Source: Tricharina praecox
Lineage: Eukaryota
DNA length: 30,673 bases
Assembly (NCBI RefSeq): GCF_024521635.1
Contig: NW_026250431.1
Coordinates: 496,001 to 526,673, forward strand
Reading direction: 5' to 3'
Made by a program: the position numbers and the translations under genes. The notes beneath the pieces were generated by a model. It did not search any database, was not told the origin of the DNA, and saw nothing but the letters and a program-made list of their open reading frames with translations. Positions 30,397-30,673 of this stretch are shown here, in pieces. How positions within the stretch are numbered: the stretch's first letter is position 1; the number at the start of each line of letters is the position of its first letter.

Positions 30397-30481
30397 ACCA
30401 AACGACAGCTCTTTCTCGCCCTCCTCCAATCGCTACCCATCATCGGTCGTACCATCCTCAAGACCCCCAACCAATGTGCTC

Positions 30482-30673
30482 CTACGTTTCCCCCATCTGC
30501 TCAGGCGTCGCAGCGCACTTCTTCTTTGCGGGCGGCCTCTTGCAGCGGCGCAGGACCCAATCGAAATAAAACAGATCCTCGAACGTATCTGGTACTGCGA
30601 GGGTCCGATGCAGGGCGTCGGCGGCCCTCTCCTTGGTATCGAAGTCGATTCTATGCCACGCAGTATCCAGCGT
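30482..30673 (-). CDS. 3' end of a hypothetical protein gene entering from the right edge
   Basis: Open 63-codon frame TLDTAWHRIDFDTKERAADALHRTLAVPDTFEDLFYFDWVLRRCKRPPAKKKCAATPEQMGET*. Confidence 0.55.
   Translation of the reverse strand, partial: TLDTAWHRIDFDTKERAADALHRTLAVPDTFEDLFYFDWVLRRCKRPPAKKKCAATPEQMGET

Noticed and set aside
1..30673. Alternative genetic code (TAG reassigned) suggested by TAG-only interruptions
   Set aside because: The intact 450-aa, 272-aa and 185-aa genes have no internal TAG, and several genes, including the CaaX peptide, terminate at TAG.

Overview
Eukaryotic (fungal) genomic DNA, not prokaryotic: GTRAGT/CTRAC/YAG introns, TATA boxes, a PacC/Rim101-type zinc-finger gene and Tad1-like LINE relics. 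A filamentous ascomycete, possibly Pezizomycetes, is my inference from repeat and F-box styles. The window is repeat-rich and gene-poor. The highlight is a two-exon, 32-codon gene absent from the ORF track (19563-19763, +) that splices to MQPNANIIFAAATEEDTTPVN-YGDGYQMC-VIC*, a candidate a-factor/M-factor-type lipopeptide pheromone precursor. Other apparently intact genes: a divergent PacC-like C2H2 factor (21766-23118), a 185-aa basic spliced protein (16142-16766, -), a 272-aa hypothetical protein (25710-26528, -) facing its own decayed inverted copy, and a partial gene at the right edge. Decayed genes include F-box and HNH-family relics and several frames broken only by TAG. Mobile DNA includes two LINE ORF2 C-terminal fragments, many 5'-truncated LINE 3' tails (two stacked clusters separated by a repeated target motif) and a 702-bp TIR element with a ~9-bp TSD. 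Several mini- and microsatellites are present. All homology calls come from manual motif recognition; no searches were run.
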